This document shows, in pieces, positions 1-7,692 of a DNA stretch of 41,316 nucleotides. Positions within the stretch are counted from its first letter, which is position 1. Each line of letters opens with the position of its first letter. Origin of the DNA: a bacterium CG2_30_37_16 (GTDB lineage Bacteria > Patescibacteriota > CPR2); assembly GCA_001872945.1 (NCBI GenBank), contig MNYC01000006.1, positions 1-41,316 on the forward strand, given 5' to 3'. The notes under the pieces are model-generated. The model was given only the letters and a program-made list of their open reading frames with translations. It did not search any database and had not been told where the DNA came from. Position numbers and translations under genes: made by a program.

Positions 1-1
1 G

Positions 2-193
2 TATAATGACTATATGCCTCCTTACGAGAAACTGAAATCTCTTCCTAATGCCAGCCAGTATTTAAAGGATGGTAACACCTTTGAGGAGTTGGATAAAACA
101 GCCTACCAAGCGAGTGATAATGAGGCCGCCAAAGTAATGCAAAAAGAGAAAGAAAAGTTATTTAAAATAATGAAAAGAAAGGAGAATTTCTAG
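2..193 (+). CDS. 3' end of a transposase/integrase-like ORF, 5'-truncated by the window edge
   Basis: Frame 2 is open from base 2 to TAG 191-193 (YNDYMPPYEKLKSLPNASQYLKDGNTFEELDKTAYQASDNEAAKVMQKEKEKLFKIMKRKENF). From memory only, the tail (LP-N-x-x-QYLK ... SDNE-AA ... LF) resembles C-termini of DDE/rve-type IS transposases. The family cannot be assigned from 63 aa. Confidence 0.3.
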   Translation, partial: YNDYMPPYEKLKSLPNASQYLKDGNTFEELDKTAYQASDNEAAKVMQKEKEKLFKIMKRKENF

Positions 194-269
194 TAAGAAT
201 TTTCCTGCACCAAAACACTCCGTTTAGTCCGATTATTGGATTAGAATTGACTGTCTTAATAAATATTTT

Positions 270-299
270 GTCACAACAATTTATGTCACAACAATTTAT
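270..299. repeat. 15-bp tandem direct repeat x2 (GTCACAACAATTTAT) downstream of the transposase-like ORF
   Basis: Two perfect adjacent copies at 270-284 and 285-299. This looks like reiterated protein-binding sites, either a transposon-end subterminal repeat or an operator. Confidence 0.6.
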
Positions 300-357
300 T
301 GATCAAAAAGCGAATTTGTGCTGGAATCGGGGCCAGTTCATTAAAAATTTATAAGAG

Positions 358-678
358 GTGGGCCTTTTGTCTTTTCCGTTTTTACCTTTGTTTGATTTTC
401 TATCAAAAATTCCTCATTCAAATGATTTTCATTTTGGATCAGGGGCAATTATTCTGATAAGTGGAATTTTTACGTGGTTAACATTTATAATTGTAGTTGG
501 ATCCAGTTCCATTTTTAAAAGAGAATCGGAATTGACTAAGCAGGCATGGAACTGCCTATGGTTTGGTTTTTTTGGTGGAATATTTGGCGGTTACTTATCC
601 GCGCTCTTAATTATCTTCATGGTTGGTTTTATAATTTGGCGCATAGTCAGGTATTTTTATTGCCTGTACAGGACATAA
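358..678 (+). CDS. hypothetical small membrane protein (2-3 predicted TM segments)
   Basis: 106-aa ORF with hydrophobic stretches (GAIILISGIFTWLTFIIVVG; LWFGFFGGIFGGYLSALLIIFMVGFIIW). AAGAGG abuts the GTG at 358, so TTG 367 is an alternative start. No family recognised. Confidence 0.4.
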   Translation: MGLLSFPFLPLFDFLSKIPHSNDFHFGSGAIILISGIFTWLTFIIVVGSSSIFKRESELTKQAWNCLWFGFFGGIFGGYLSALLIIFMVGFIIWRIVRYFYCLYRT

Positions 679-708
679 AGCAAGTTATCTTTTTAAGGAG
701 GAGATACG

Positions 709-1094
709 GTGAAAAATGGAAAACCGGTAGTGTTAGTGGTTGAAGATCATGGCGGATTGCAAGCAGAATACAAGTATCGTCTTGAAACCATCGGTTGTGA
801 AGTTTTGCAGGCTTATGATGTGAGTCAAACATACGAGATATTTGAAAGCAGAAAAGACATTGACATCATTGTTACAGAGGGATGTCTTGTGCATGAACTT
901 GATACGGACGTTTTTTTATGATTAAGTACCTTAGAAGTCATTTTGCAGGGCCGATTATTGCAAATTCAGCTTTCTATGTGGATGATCTTATTAAAGCTGG
1001 TTGTAGCCATAGATGTGGAAAGGAGCAATTAGTGTCCACCGTCATACAGGTGCTAAAAGAAATACACAAGCTCGGTGGGACTGAAAATCTATGA
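709..1094 (+). pseudogene. atypical CheY-like receiver domain split into two frames at a T7 tract (709..921 and 918..1094)
   Basis: GTG 709 has AAGGAGGAG 5 nt upstream. The N-part (VVLVVEDH ... IDIIVTEGCL) reads as beta1-alpha1-beta2-alpha2-beta3. The C-part (PIIANSA ... AGCSHRCGK ...) reads as beta4-alpha4-beta5-alpha5 of a receiver fold. The frames switch at TTTTTTT (911-917) followed by ATGA (918-921); one extra T would fuse them. The usual phospho-acceptor Asp position reads T/E. Confidence 0.5.
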
Positions 1095-1261
1095 AAAGGA
1101 TATATGGTTTAATTAAAGGCAAATATTCGTTTAGGATTTCGGCATCTGAGGGAATTTCAATTTTCTTTGAATGGCATTTAAAAGTAGAATCAAGCGAAAA
1201 AACTGAGGAAGCAATTGCCAGTTGTGTTAAAAAGAAAAGAATAGGGATTTACGTCATATAA
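1091..1261 (+). CDS. hypothetical small protein (56 aa)
   Basis: ATG 1091 overlaps the upstream stop in an ATGA arrangement (translational coupling). A terminator follows directly. No family recognised. Confidence 0.3.
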   Translation: MKRIYGLIKGKYSFRISASEGISIFFEWHLKVESSEKTEEAIASCVKKKRIGIYVI

Positions 1262-1267
1262 TTTAAG

Positions 1268-1297
1268 CTGCATGGAAAAATAACCATGCGGTTTTTT
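1268..1297 (+). terminator. rho-independent terminator
   Basis: CTGCATGG / CCATGCGG stem (one G-U pair), 8-nt loop, then TTTTTT (1292-1297). Confidence 0.6.
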
Positions 1298-1372
1298 AAT
1301 TAAAAAAAGGTGACAATATTGGCTTAATGTATAAACCAAGTTCTGCTGCTTTACTTGTTCTCTAGCAACCGT

Positions 1373-1603
1373 TCAATAACGAATGCTATTAGCATATTTA
1401 TTAGTAGAGCTTTCGACATCCCGAATCTGTTTGTTCAGTCTTTTAATTCGAAATTGTCTAAAAAATGAAGTTTTTGAAATACTTTTAAATTTCTTTTGTA
1501 ATTCATCTTTGAACCGCTGATTTGATCGTAAGTTATTTTTGTAATCCACAATATTGTCGTCAATGTAAAAAAGAACTTCATTAAGCGCTTGTTCTAAATC
1601 CAT
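1373..1603 (-). CDS. hypothetical protein (76 aa, charged/helical)
   Basis: ATG 1603 is preceded by AAGGAGGAG on the minus strand. No family recognised. Confidence 0.5.
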   Translation of the reverse strand: MDLEQALNEVLFYIDDNIVDYKNNLRSNQRFKDELQKKFKSISKTSFFRQFRIKRLNKQIRDVESSTNKYANSIRY

Positions 1604-1722
1604 TTCTCCTCCTTTGTCAAAGTACTCAGGTTAGTTATTCTACCGAAAAATGCATTAAAAATCAATTTCAAATTTGCTATAAATCGGTATAATGTTGTTA
1701 AAACTTATTTTATAGGACAAAA

Positions 1723-2034
1723 ATGAAACTAAGAAAAGTCTTGAAATCTAAAATTCATCGTGCGGTTGTAATGGATAAAAATGTTGAGTATGAAGGATCC
1801 ATTATCATTTGCCGAGAGTTAATGGAAGCGGCCGATCTTTGGGCGGGCGAAAAAGTTTTAATTGCCAATATAAATAACGGAAATAGGTTTGAAACATATG
1901 TAATGGAAGGAAATGGAAAAGAAATTATAGTAAACGGTGCCGCCGCTCATTTGGTGGAAAAAGGAGATATTATTATCATAATGGCCTTTGCCATGACAGA
2001 TGAGGAGATAACGCCTAAGATAGTTTATTTTTGA
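1723..2034 (+). CDS. panD: aspartate 1-decarboxylase (pyruvoyl-dependent), short form
   Basis: Carries KSKIHRA (Lys9/His11), the YEG-S self-processing site (Gly24-Ser25), ETY (Tyr58) and NGAAAH. At 103 aa it lacks the dispensable C-terminal tail. Confidence 0.85.
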   Translation: MKLRKVLKSKIHRAVVMDKNVEYEGSIIICRELMEAADLWAGEKVLIANINNGNRFETYVMEGNGKEIIVNGAAAHLVEKGDIIIIMAFAMTDEEITPKIVYF

Positions 2035-2063
2035 GTAAACAGATAGCAGTTAACAAAAGAATT

Positions 2064-2168
2064 AATGTCAAATTTCAAATACCAAATGTCAAATGAAATC
2101 TTAATGATTAAATTAAAAAATTAGGATTTGGTCATTCATTTGTAATTTGTAATTGGACATTTGACATT
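2064..2168. repeat. AT-rich imperfect palindrome (caaat/atttg-rich arms)
   Basis: The left arm AATGTCAAATTTCAAATACCAAATGTCAAATG (2064-2095) faces CATTTGTAATTTGTAATTGGACATTTGACATT (about 2137-2168). The left arm is near-identical to 19217-19248. The centre contains TTAGGATTT. Confidence 0.55.
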
Positions 2169-2183
2169 TTCTCGGTCCTTCTC

Positions 2184-2192
2184 TGTTATAAT
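2184..2192 (+). promoter_or_regulatory. extended -10 promoter (TGtTATAAT) for hypF; mRNA possibly leaderless
   Basis: TG at 2184-2185 and TATAAT at 2187-2192. The hypF ATG is at 2199, only 6 nt after the -10, and no Shine-Dalgarno sequence lies upstream. Confidence 0.4.
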
Positions 2193-2198
2193 GTTCTC

Positions 2199-4496
2199 AT
2201 GATTCGAATTAGAGTTAAAATTATCGGGGTTGTTCAAGGTGTGGGTTTTAGGCCGGAGGTTTATAATTTGGCAAATAAACTTAAACTTACCGGTTTTATT
2301 TTTAATGATCTTAACGGTGTTACTATTGAAATTCAGGGACAAAAGAAAATTACTGATGAATTTATCGAAAGTTTAAAGAAAAATCCACCAAGAGCAGCTA
2401 GAATTGACGCTATAATCTTCAAGGAAATTAAGACAAAAAAAGAAAAGGAATTTTTAATAAAACCCAGTAAATATGAAGGTGTCAGGCAGTCGCTTTCTCC
2501 AGATATTAGCATTTGCCCGGATTGCCAAAAAGAGCTTTTTGATCCTAAAAACAGGCGTTATTTATATCCGTTTATAAATTGTTACAGTTGCGGTCCCAGA
2601 TTTACCTTCATCAAAAAAATGCCTTATGATCGCAGGAATACCACGATGTCAGGTTTTAAAATGTGCTTAGAATGTGCAGCGGAATATAATGATCCCAAAA
2701 ACCGGCGCTTTCATGCCGAGCCCATTGCCTGTTCAAAATGCGGCCCGGCCCTTAAATTAATAGACAAAAAAGGCAAAGAAATCTCAAAAGATTCCATAAG
2801 GGAGGCGGTTAAGCTAATAAAAAAGGGCAAAATAATTGCCGTTAAGGGTCTCGGCGGTTATCAGCTAATTTGCGATGCGGGAAATAAAGAAGCAGTAAAT
2901 TATTTAAGGGAAGCTAAAAATAGACCGCATAAGCCGCTGGCGATTATGGTAGATGAGGGAACTTTAAAAAAAATTGCCCAGGTAAGCGCGGAAGAAATTG
3001 CTTTACTAAAATCTGCATCATCGCCAATAGTTTTAGTTAAAAAGAAAAAAAATAATATAGTGGCCGAAAATGTGGCTTCGGGTGTCAACGAATACGGCGT
3101 TATGCTGCCATATACGCCCCTTCATCAACTTTTAATTAAAGAAGCGGGGGAAAAGGTGCTGGTAGTCACGTCCGGCAACTTAAGCGGTCATTCTATTATT
3201 TTTAAAGATCAGGAGGCATTAAAAAGCCTTTCAAAAATTGCCGATTACTTTTTAATGCATAATCGAGAGATTACAGTAGGCTATGATGACTCTGTAGCCA
3301 GAATCGTAAATAAAGAACCTTTGGTAATAAGAGCTTCTAGGGGAGTGTCGCCATTATTTTTTAAAAGAGATAAGGATTTAATTCCGGCCTTAGCAATGGG
3401 GGCAGATCTTAAAAACAGCTTTGCGCTTTCTTCAGGTAAGGACATTATTTTAAGCCAATATATTGGTGATATGGGAAGTGCAAGCGTAAAAAAGCGCTGG
3501 CTTGATGTTCGTAATTTATACGAAGAACTTTTTAATATTAGTCCTCAGGTTGTAGTAGCCGACCTTCATCCGGGTTACGAAACTACAAAAATAGCGGAAA
3601 ATTTGGGCTTGCCGGTTTATCAATTTCAGCATCATAAAGCCCATATTGCCAGTGTTGCTTTTGAACATAGTTTAAGCGAACCGGTAATTGGGGTGGCTTT
3701 CGATGGGTTAGGTTATGGCGAAGACGGTAATTTTTGGGGAGGAGAGTTTTTTTCAGGTGATCCATGTAATTTAAACAGGGAACATCATCTTGCTTACTTT
3801 CCTTTACTGGGTGGCGACATAGCTTCAGTGGAGCCTGTGCGTGCGGCGCTTAGCCTTGTTTTAGAGTCCAAAATTAACTCGGAAAGAATAAAGAAAATAT
3901 TCGGTGATGAAACGAATGATAAAATTTTTAACTTAAAAACAATGTATGAAAAAAAAATAAATTCACCGCTTACTTCCAGCATGGGAAGGCTGTTTGATGC
4001 GGCATCATATTTTATTGGATTTCGAGGTCAAAATACTTACGAAGGAGAGGCGGCTTGTTACTTGGAAAGTATGGCCGAAGAGGCTGAGGAGAAGTATAGG
4101 TATTCAGTAGAAAATCGAACAATTTTGGTGTTCAAGATAATTGAAGGCATGATAAAAGATTTAGAAAGCGGTGTTAAAAAAGAAAAAATTGCCGGAAAAT
4201 TTCAGCGAACAGTTTTAGAAATTATAGTTAGTGAAACCCTAAAAATTTCCAAAGAAACCGGAATTAGGACGGTTTGCTTGTCCGGAGGAGTGTTTCAAAA
4301 CCGTTATCTTTTGGAAAATACCTTAAAAAAATTAAGTAAAAAGGGTTTTAACGTGTATTATAATAAGATGGTTCCAATTTCCGACGGCGGAATTGCCTTA
4401 GGGCAGTTGTATCTATTAAATTGCAAGGGTCCGACCCTAACAAAGGAGACGATTAATGTGTCTTGCCATCCCCGGTCAGATAAAAAAAATAAATAA
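2199..4496 (+). CDS. hypF: [NiFe]-hydrogenase maturation carbamoyltransferase HypF
   Basis: 765 aa. It has an acylphosphatase-like N-terminus (VQGVGFRP), two zinc-finger pairs (CPDC..CYSCGPRF; CLEC..CSKCGP), a YrdC-like region (KGLGGYQL) and a Kae1-like C-domain ending SDGGIALGQ. The last ~25 aa run into a repeat element and the hypC start. Confidence 0.95.
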   Translation: MIRIRVKIIGVVQGVGFRPEVYNLANKLKLTGFIFNDLNGVTIEIQGQKKITDEFIESLKKNPPRAARIDAIIFKEIKTKKEKEFLIKPSKYEGVRQSLSPDISICPDCQKELFDPKNRRYLYPFINCYSCGPRFTFIKKMPYDRRNTTMSGFKMCLECAAEYNDPKNRRFHAEPIACSKCGPALKLIDKKGKEISKDSIREAVKLIKKGKIIAVKGLGGYQLICDAGNKEAVNYLREAKNRPHKPLAIMVDEGTLKKIAQVSAEEIALLKSASSPIVLVKKKKNNIVAENVASGVNEYGVMLPYTPLHQLLIKEAGEKVLVVTSGNLSGHSIIFKDQEALKSLSKIADYFLMHNREITVGYDDSVARIVNKEPLVIRASRGVSPLFFKRDKDLIPALAMGADLKNSFALSSGKDIILSQYIGDMGSASVKKRWLDVRNLYEELFNISPQVVVADLHPGYETTKIAENLGLPVYQFQHHKAHIASVAFEHSLSEPVIGVAFDGLGYGEDGNFWGGEFFSGDPCNLNREHHLAYFPLLGGDIASVEPVRAALSLVLESKINSERIKKIFGDETNDKIFNLKTMYEKKINSPLTSSMGRLFDAASYFIGFRGQNTYEGEAACYLESMAEEAEEKYRYSVENRTILVFKIIEGMIKDLESGVKKEKIAGKFQRTVLEIIVSETLKISKETGIRTVCLSGGVFQNRYLLENTLKKLSKKGFNVYYNKMVPISDGGIALGQLYLLNCKGPTLTKETINVSCHPRSDKKNK
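4421..4443. repeat. half-copy of the GGGTC(C/G)GACCC palindromic element
   Basis: TTGCAAGGGTCCGACCCTAACAA matches 4694-4716 (TTGCAAGGGTCGGACCCTAACAA) with 1 mismatch. It lies in the hypF 3' end, just before the hypC SD. Confidence 0.7.
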
Positions 4497-4662
4497 AGAT
4501 AAAGCGGAAGTTGATTTTTCAGGTATTAGAAGAGAAATCAGTTTAATTTTGGTAACCGGTGCTAAAGTGGGGGATTTTGTCTTGGCGCATGCCGGAATTG
4601 CCATTGCTAAAGTTGATAAAAAAGACGCCAAAGAAATTATCAAAATGGCAGGTGGATTATGA
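4456..4662 (+). CDS. hypC: hydrogenase maturation chaperone HypC/HupF
   Basis: 68 aa starting MCLAIPG (essential Cys2). AAGGAG lies 7 nt upstream. It overlaps hypF by 41 nt. Confidence 0.9.
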   Translation: MCLAIPGQIKKINKDKAEVDFSGIRREISLILVTGAKVGDFVLAHAGIAIAKVDKKDAKEIIKMAGGL

Positions 4663-5741
4663 CCACCAAAAACCTTAAAAAAGGGTCCGACCCTTGCAAG
4701 GGTCGGACCCTAACAATGAAAATAATGGAGGTTTGCGGTTCACATACGGCGGTTATTGTAAAATCCGGCCTCGCGAGTCTCTTGCCGCCAAATATTGAAC
4801 TTATTTCCGGTCCCGGATGTCCGGTTTGCGTAACGGCTCAAGGCGATATAGATAATATTTTAGAGATAGCTCAAAAAGATGATGTTTTGGTTGTGGCATT
4901 TGGTGATATGTTAAAGGTGCCGGGAACTAGGATTTCATTAAAAAAAATTAGGGCGGAACGCGGGAATGTTGAAATTGTTTATAGTCCCTTAGACGTTATA
5001 AATATTGCTGAGTCTAATTCCGAAAAAACAGTGCTTTATTTTGCGGTGGGTTTTGAAACGACGGTTGGGGCGACTGCAGCTTTAATTAAGGAAGCAAAGC
5101 GCAAAAAAATTCGAAATCTAAAGATTTATTCGACACATAAATTAATCATGCCGGCTATGAAAGCGCTTTTAGATGGAGAAAGTGAAATTGACGGCTTTAT
5201 TCTGCCGGGTCACGTCTCTACCGTTACCGGATATGGCTATTTTGAAGATATTGCCAAAATCTATAAAAAACCGGCGGTGGTGGCCGGATTTTGGCCGGAA
5301 AACGTTTTAGAGTCAGTGGAGGAAATTCAAACTTTAGTAAAAAGAGGCAAGGCGGAGGTCAAGTCGGTATATAAAGTTGTGCTTAAAAGTGTTAATATGG
5401 AGTGGCAAAAATTGGTTAAGGAATTTTTTGTAGTGGAAAATGCGGCGTGGCGGGGGTTTGGAAAAATTCCAAAAAGCGGTTTAGATATTAATGATAAATA
5501 CAAGGAATTTGATGCCAAGTTATTTTTTAATATTAAAGACGTAAAAAGGACTGATAAGCCCGGTTGCTCATGCGGAGAGGTGATAAAGGGAATGAAGAAG
5601 CCGGCTGAATGTTCTTTGTTTGGTAAGGCGTGTGTGCCTGATAACCCATTTGGCCCCTGTATGGTAAGCGAGGAAGGATCGTGTTCGGTGTGGTATAAAT
5701 ACTCATATAATTCAAAAATCAAAGGTCAAAAATCAAAATGA
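4659..5741 (+). CDS. hypD: hydrogenase maturation Fe-S protein HypD
   Basis: Motifs KIMEVCGSHT, GPGCPVCV, CSCGEV and PCMVSEEGSC. ATGA overlaps the hypC stop. The first 19 codons are encoded by the 30-bp palindrome, so ATG 4716 is an alternative start. The last ~10 aa (NSKIKGQKSK) are encoded by AT-rich low-complexity repeat. Confidence 0.9.
   Translation: MTTKNLKKGSDPCKGRTLTMKIMEVCGSHTAVIVKSGLASLLPPNIELISGPGCPVCVTAQGDIDNILEIAQKDDVLVVAFGDMLKVPGTRISLKKIRAERGNVEIVYSPLDVINIAESNSEKTVLYFAVGFETTVGATAALIKEAKRKKIRNLKIYSTHKLIMPAMKALLDGESEIDGFILPGHVSTVTGYGYFEDIAKIYKKPAVVAGFWPENVLESVEEIQTLVKRGKAEVKSVYKVVLKSVNMEWQKLVKEFFVVENAAWRGFGKIPKSGLDINDKYKEFDAKLFFNIKDVKRTDKPGCSCGEVIKGMKKPAECSLFGKACVPDNPFGPCMVSEEGSCSVWYKYSYNSKIKGQKSK
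4682..4711. repeat. perfect 30-bp palindrome AGGGTCCGACCCTTGCAAGGGTCGGACCCT
   Basis: The sequence is its own reverse complement. It sits between the hypC stop and the conserved HypD core. Confidence 0.9.
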
Positions 5742-5783
5742 CAAGTCAAAATGTAAAAACTGACCAACTTGCACTTTTTTTGT

Positions 5784-5866
5784 GTCATTCCCGCGTAGGC
5801 GGGAATCCAGAGAGAATGGATCCCAAAATCCCTCCAAAGGCGGGCAGGCGAGTTTAGGATGATGAC
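5784..5866 (+). repeat. GC-rich modular nested-hairpin repeat, copy A (shortest form)
   Basis: GTCATTCCCGCG-tag-GCGGGAATCCAGAGAGAATGGATCCCAAAATCCCTCC-aaagg-CGGGCAGGCG ... GATGAC. The same ordered blocks recur at 19341-19518 (+) and 39018-39124 (-). Confidence 0.7.
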
Positions 5867-5960
5867 AGTTAGGAAGCATTTATGAAAAAAATTACAAACA
5901 AATTAAAAAAAAATGCTCCATTTCCCCAGCCCCGTCTTGGCAAGTGCATAATGACAGAAA

Positions 5961-6941
5961 GTGGGTTCAATGGATAAAATTACTTTAGCTCATGGTGGGG
6001 GCGGCAAGAGAACCAGAGAGCTAATTAGTAACCTCTTTCTCAAATATCTTGGAAATCCTTACTTAAAAATACTAACTGACGGGGTAAATTTAGGTGATTT
6101 AAAACGGACGGTAGTTACTACCGATGGTTTTGTGGTTGACCCGCTCTTTTTTCCCGGCGGTAATATTGGAAAACTAGCCATTTGCGGTATCTGTAATGAC
6201 CTGGCGGTAATGGGCGCTAAACCTAAGTTTATTACCATGAACTTTATAATCGAGGAAGGCTTTTTAACTCTCGATTTAGAGAAGATTATTAAAAGTATTG
6301 CTTCGGAAGCAAAAAGTGCGGGAATAGATATCGTGGCTGGGGACACCAAGGTTGTTCCAAAAGGCCACGGCGGTGGGATTTACATAAGCGGTACGGGGGT
6401 TGGGGAAATGGTTTATAAAAATGATTTGCCAGGGAAGATAAAAGAAGGGGATTTGGTTTTTGTAAACGGGTCTATCGGAGATCATTCCGCTGCGCTTTTA
6501 GTTGCCAGAAATGATTTTAAATTATCGTCAAAATTAAAATCCGATTGTCAAAATATTTATCCCGAAATAAAGAACTTATTGGATAAATCTAAAGAAGTTA
6601 AATTTTTACGTGACATTACAAGAGGCGGTCTGGCAGCTATTTTAAATGAACTAGCAGAATATGCAAGTTGTGGAATCGAAATTGCTGAAAATTCAATTCC
6701 TTTTAAAAAAGAAGTTTTGAGTTTATGCGCAATGTTGGGCTACGACTTCCTAACTTTAGCCTGTGAGGGGCGTTTTTTGGCAGTAATTGATGCAAATGAT
6801 GAAAAAATAGCTCTAAGCATGGGACTTACAAAAATAGGCGCAATCACTGATAATCACAAGAAAGTGGTTTTAAAAACCAAAATTGGTGGCGAAAGGGTTA
6901 TAGATTTGCCGGATGGGGAACTGCTGCCGCGGATTTGCTAG
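5961..6941 (+). CDS. hypE: hydrogenase maturation protein HypE (carbamoyl dehydratase)
   Basis: AIR-synthase-like sequence (LAHGGGG, GDTKVV) ending in the hallmark C-terminal PRIC. The likely true start is ATG 5970 (MDKITLAHGGGG). Confidence 0.92.
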   Translation: MGSMDKITLAHGGGGKRTRELISNLFLKYLGNPYLKILTDGVNLGDLKRTVVTTDGFVVDPLFFPGGNIGKLAICGICNDLAVMGAKPKFITMNFIIEEGFLTLDLEKIIKSIASEAKSAGIDIVAGDTKVVPKGHGGGIYISGTGVGEMVYKNDLPGKIKEGDLVFVNGSIGDHSAALLVARNDFKLSSKLKSDCQNIYPEIKNLLDKSKEVKFLRDITRGGLAAILNELAEYASCGIEIAENSIPFKKEVLSLCAMLGYDFLTLACEGRFLAVIDANDEKIALSMGLTKIGAITDNHKKVVLKTKIGGERVIDLPDGELLPRIC

Positions 6942-7021
6942 CTTGTGATTGTAAACGTACCAAAACTATGATATTATTTTTTGTTTTTTGTCCGACAGTT
7001 CTTTAAAATCTAAATAAGGGA

Positions 7022-7654
7022 GTGGATGTTATGATGATGGAAGACGATTTTTTTGTTTGCGGAGTGCCAAGGAAGGAAAAGACAAAATATTTTAAAGGTC
7101 CGGATGAAAAAGAATATAAAATCAGATATGAGACTGAAGAGAACGGAAACAAAGCTATTCGCATAGAAAGCGAAGACGGTACAAAAACAGCCTTTGTTAT
7201 TAATGGCAAGATGGAAGATTTTTTTGATGACGCAGATCATATAAAGTTTTTAGGAAAAAGCAAATACGCCTATCGCATTAAAAGCGATGGCAAAGTAGCT
7301 TATAAGGTTAACAAGAAAATATTCGGTTGGTTTGAATATATTGAAAATTTTCATTTCCTAAAGAATAGCCACTTGTTTTTTGTCAGTGAAAATGAGCAGC
7401 TAGCCTGTGTTATTAATGGTACAGAATACGGACCGTATGAGTATGTAGAATCTATCGTTTTTGGCCAGAAAGGCAATTGGGCATTCGCTGCTTTAAAAGA
7501 ATGTATACCGGATTATGGCCAAAGAGGCAAGTGGGCCATTATAAAAAACAGTGAAGAAATTTTCGAAATTAACGATGCATATATTTCAAATCTAAGTTTT
7601 ATAAACAGTGATGGTCCTGCCAGAGTCAATTGCAGACTCGATTTTAACATTTAG
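7022..7654 (+). CDS. hypothetical protein with WG/KWA-type repeat-like units
   Basis: About 207-210 aa; the likely start is ATG 7031, after AAGGGAG. Recurrent units (GKVAYKVNKKIFGWFEYI, GNWAFAALK, GKWAIIKNSEEIF) are reminiscent of WG-repeat proteins. This is a weak call. Confidence 0.45.
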   Translation: MDVMMMEDDFFVCGVPRKEKTKYFKGPDEKEYKIRYETEENGNKAIRIESEDGTKTAFVINGKMEDFFDDADHIKFLGKSKYAYRIKSDGKVAYKVNKKIFGWFEYIENFHFLKNSHLFFVSENEQLACVINGTEYGPYEYVESIVFGQKGNWAFAALKECIPDYGQRGKWAIIKNSEEIFEINDAYISNLSFINSDGPARVNCRLDFNI

Positions 7655-7692
7655 TTCATTGAGGATTCCTTATGGAGTCCTCTTTTTTTTCT

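Noticed and set aside
5327-5722. Antisense or overlapping ORFs inside conserved genes (5327..5722, 8330..8836, 29954..30580, 31830..32189, 34436..34990, 2900..3088 and similar)
   Set aside because: They lie fully within well-supported genes on the opposite strand or in another frame. They have low-complexity or odd composition and lack SDs. They are shadow ORFs.
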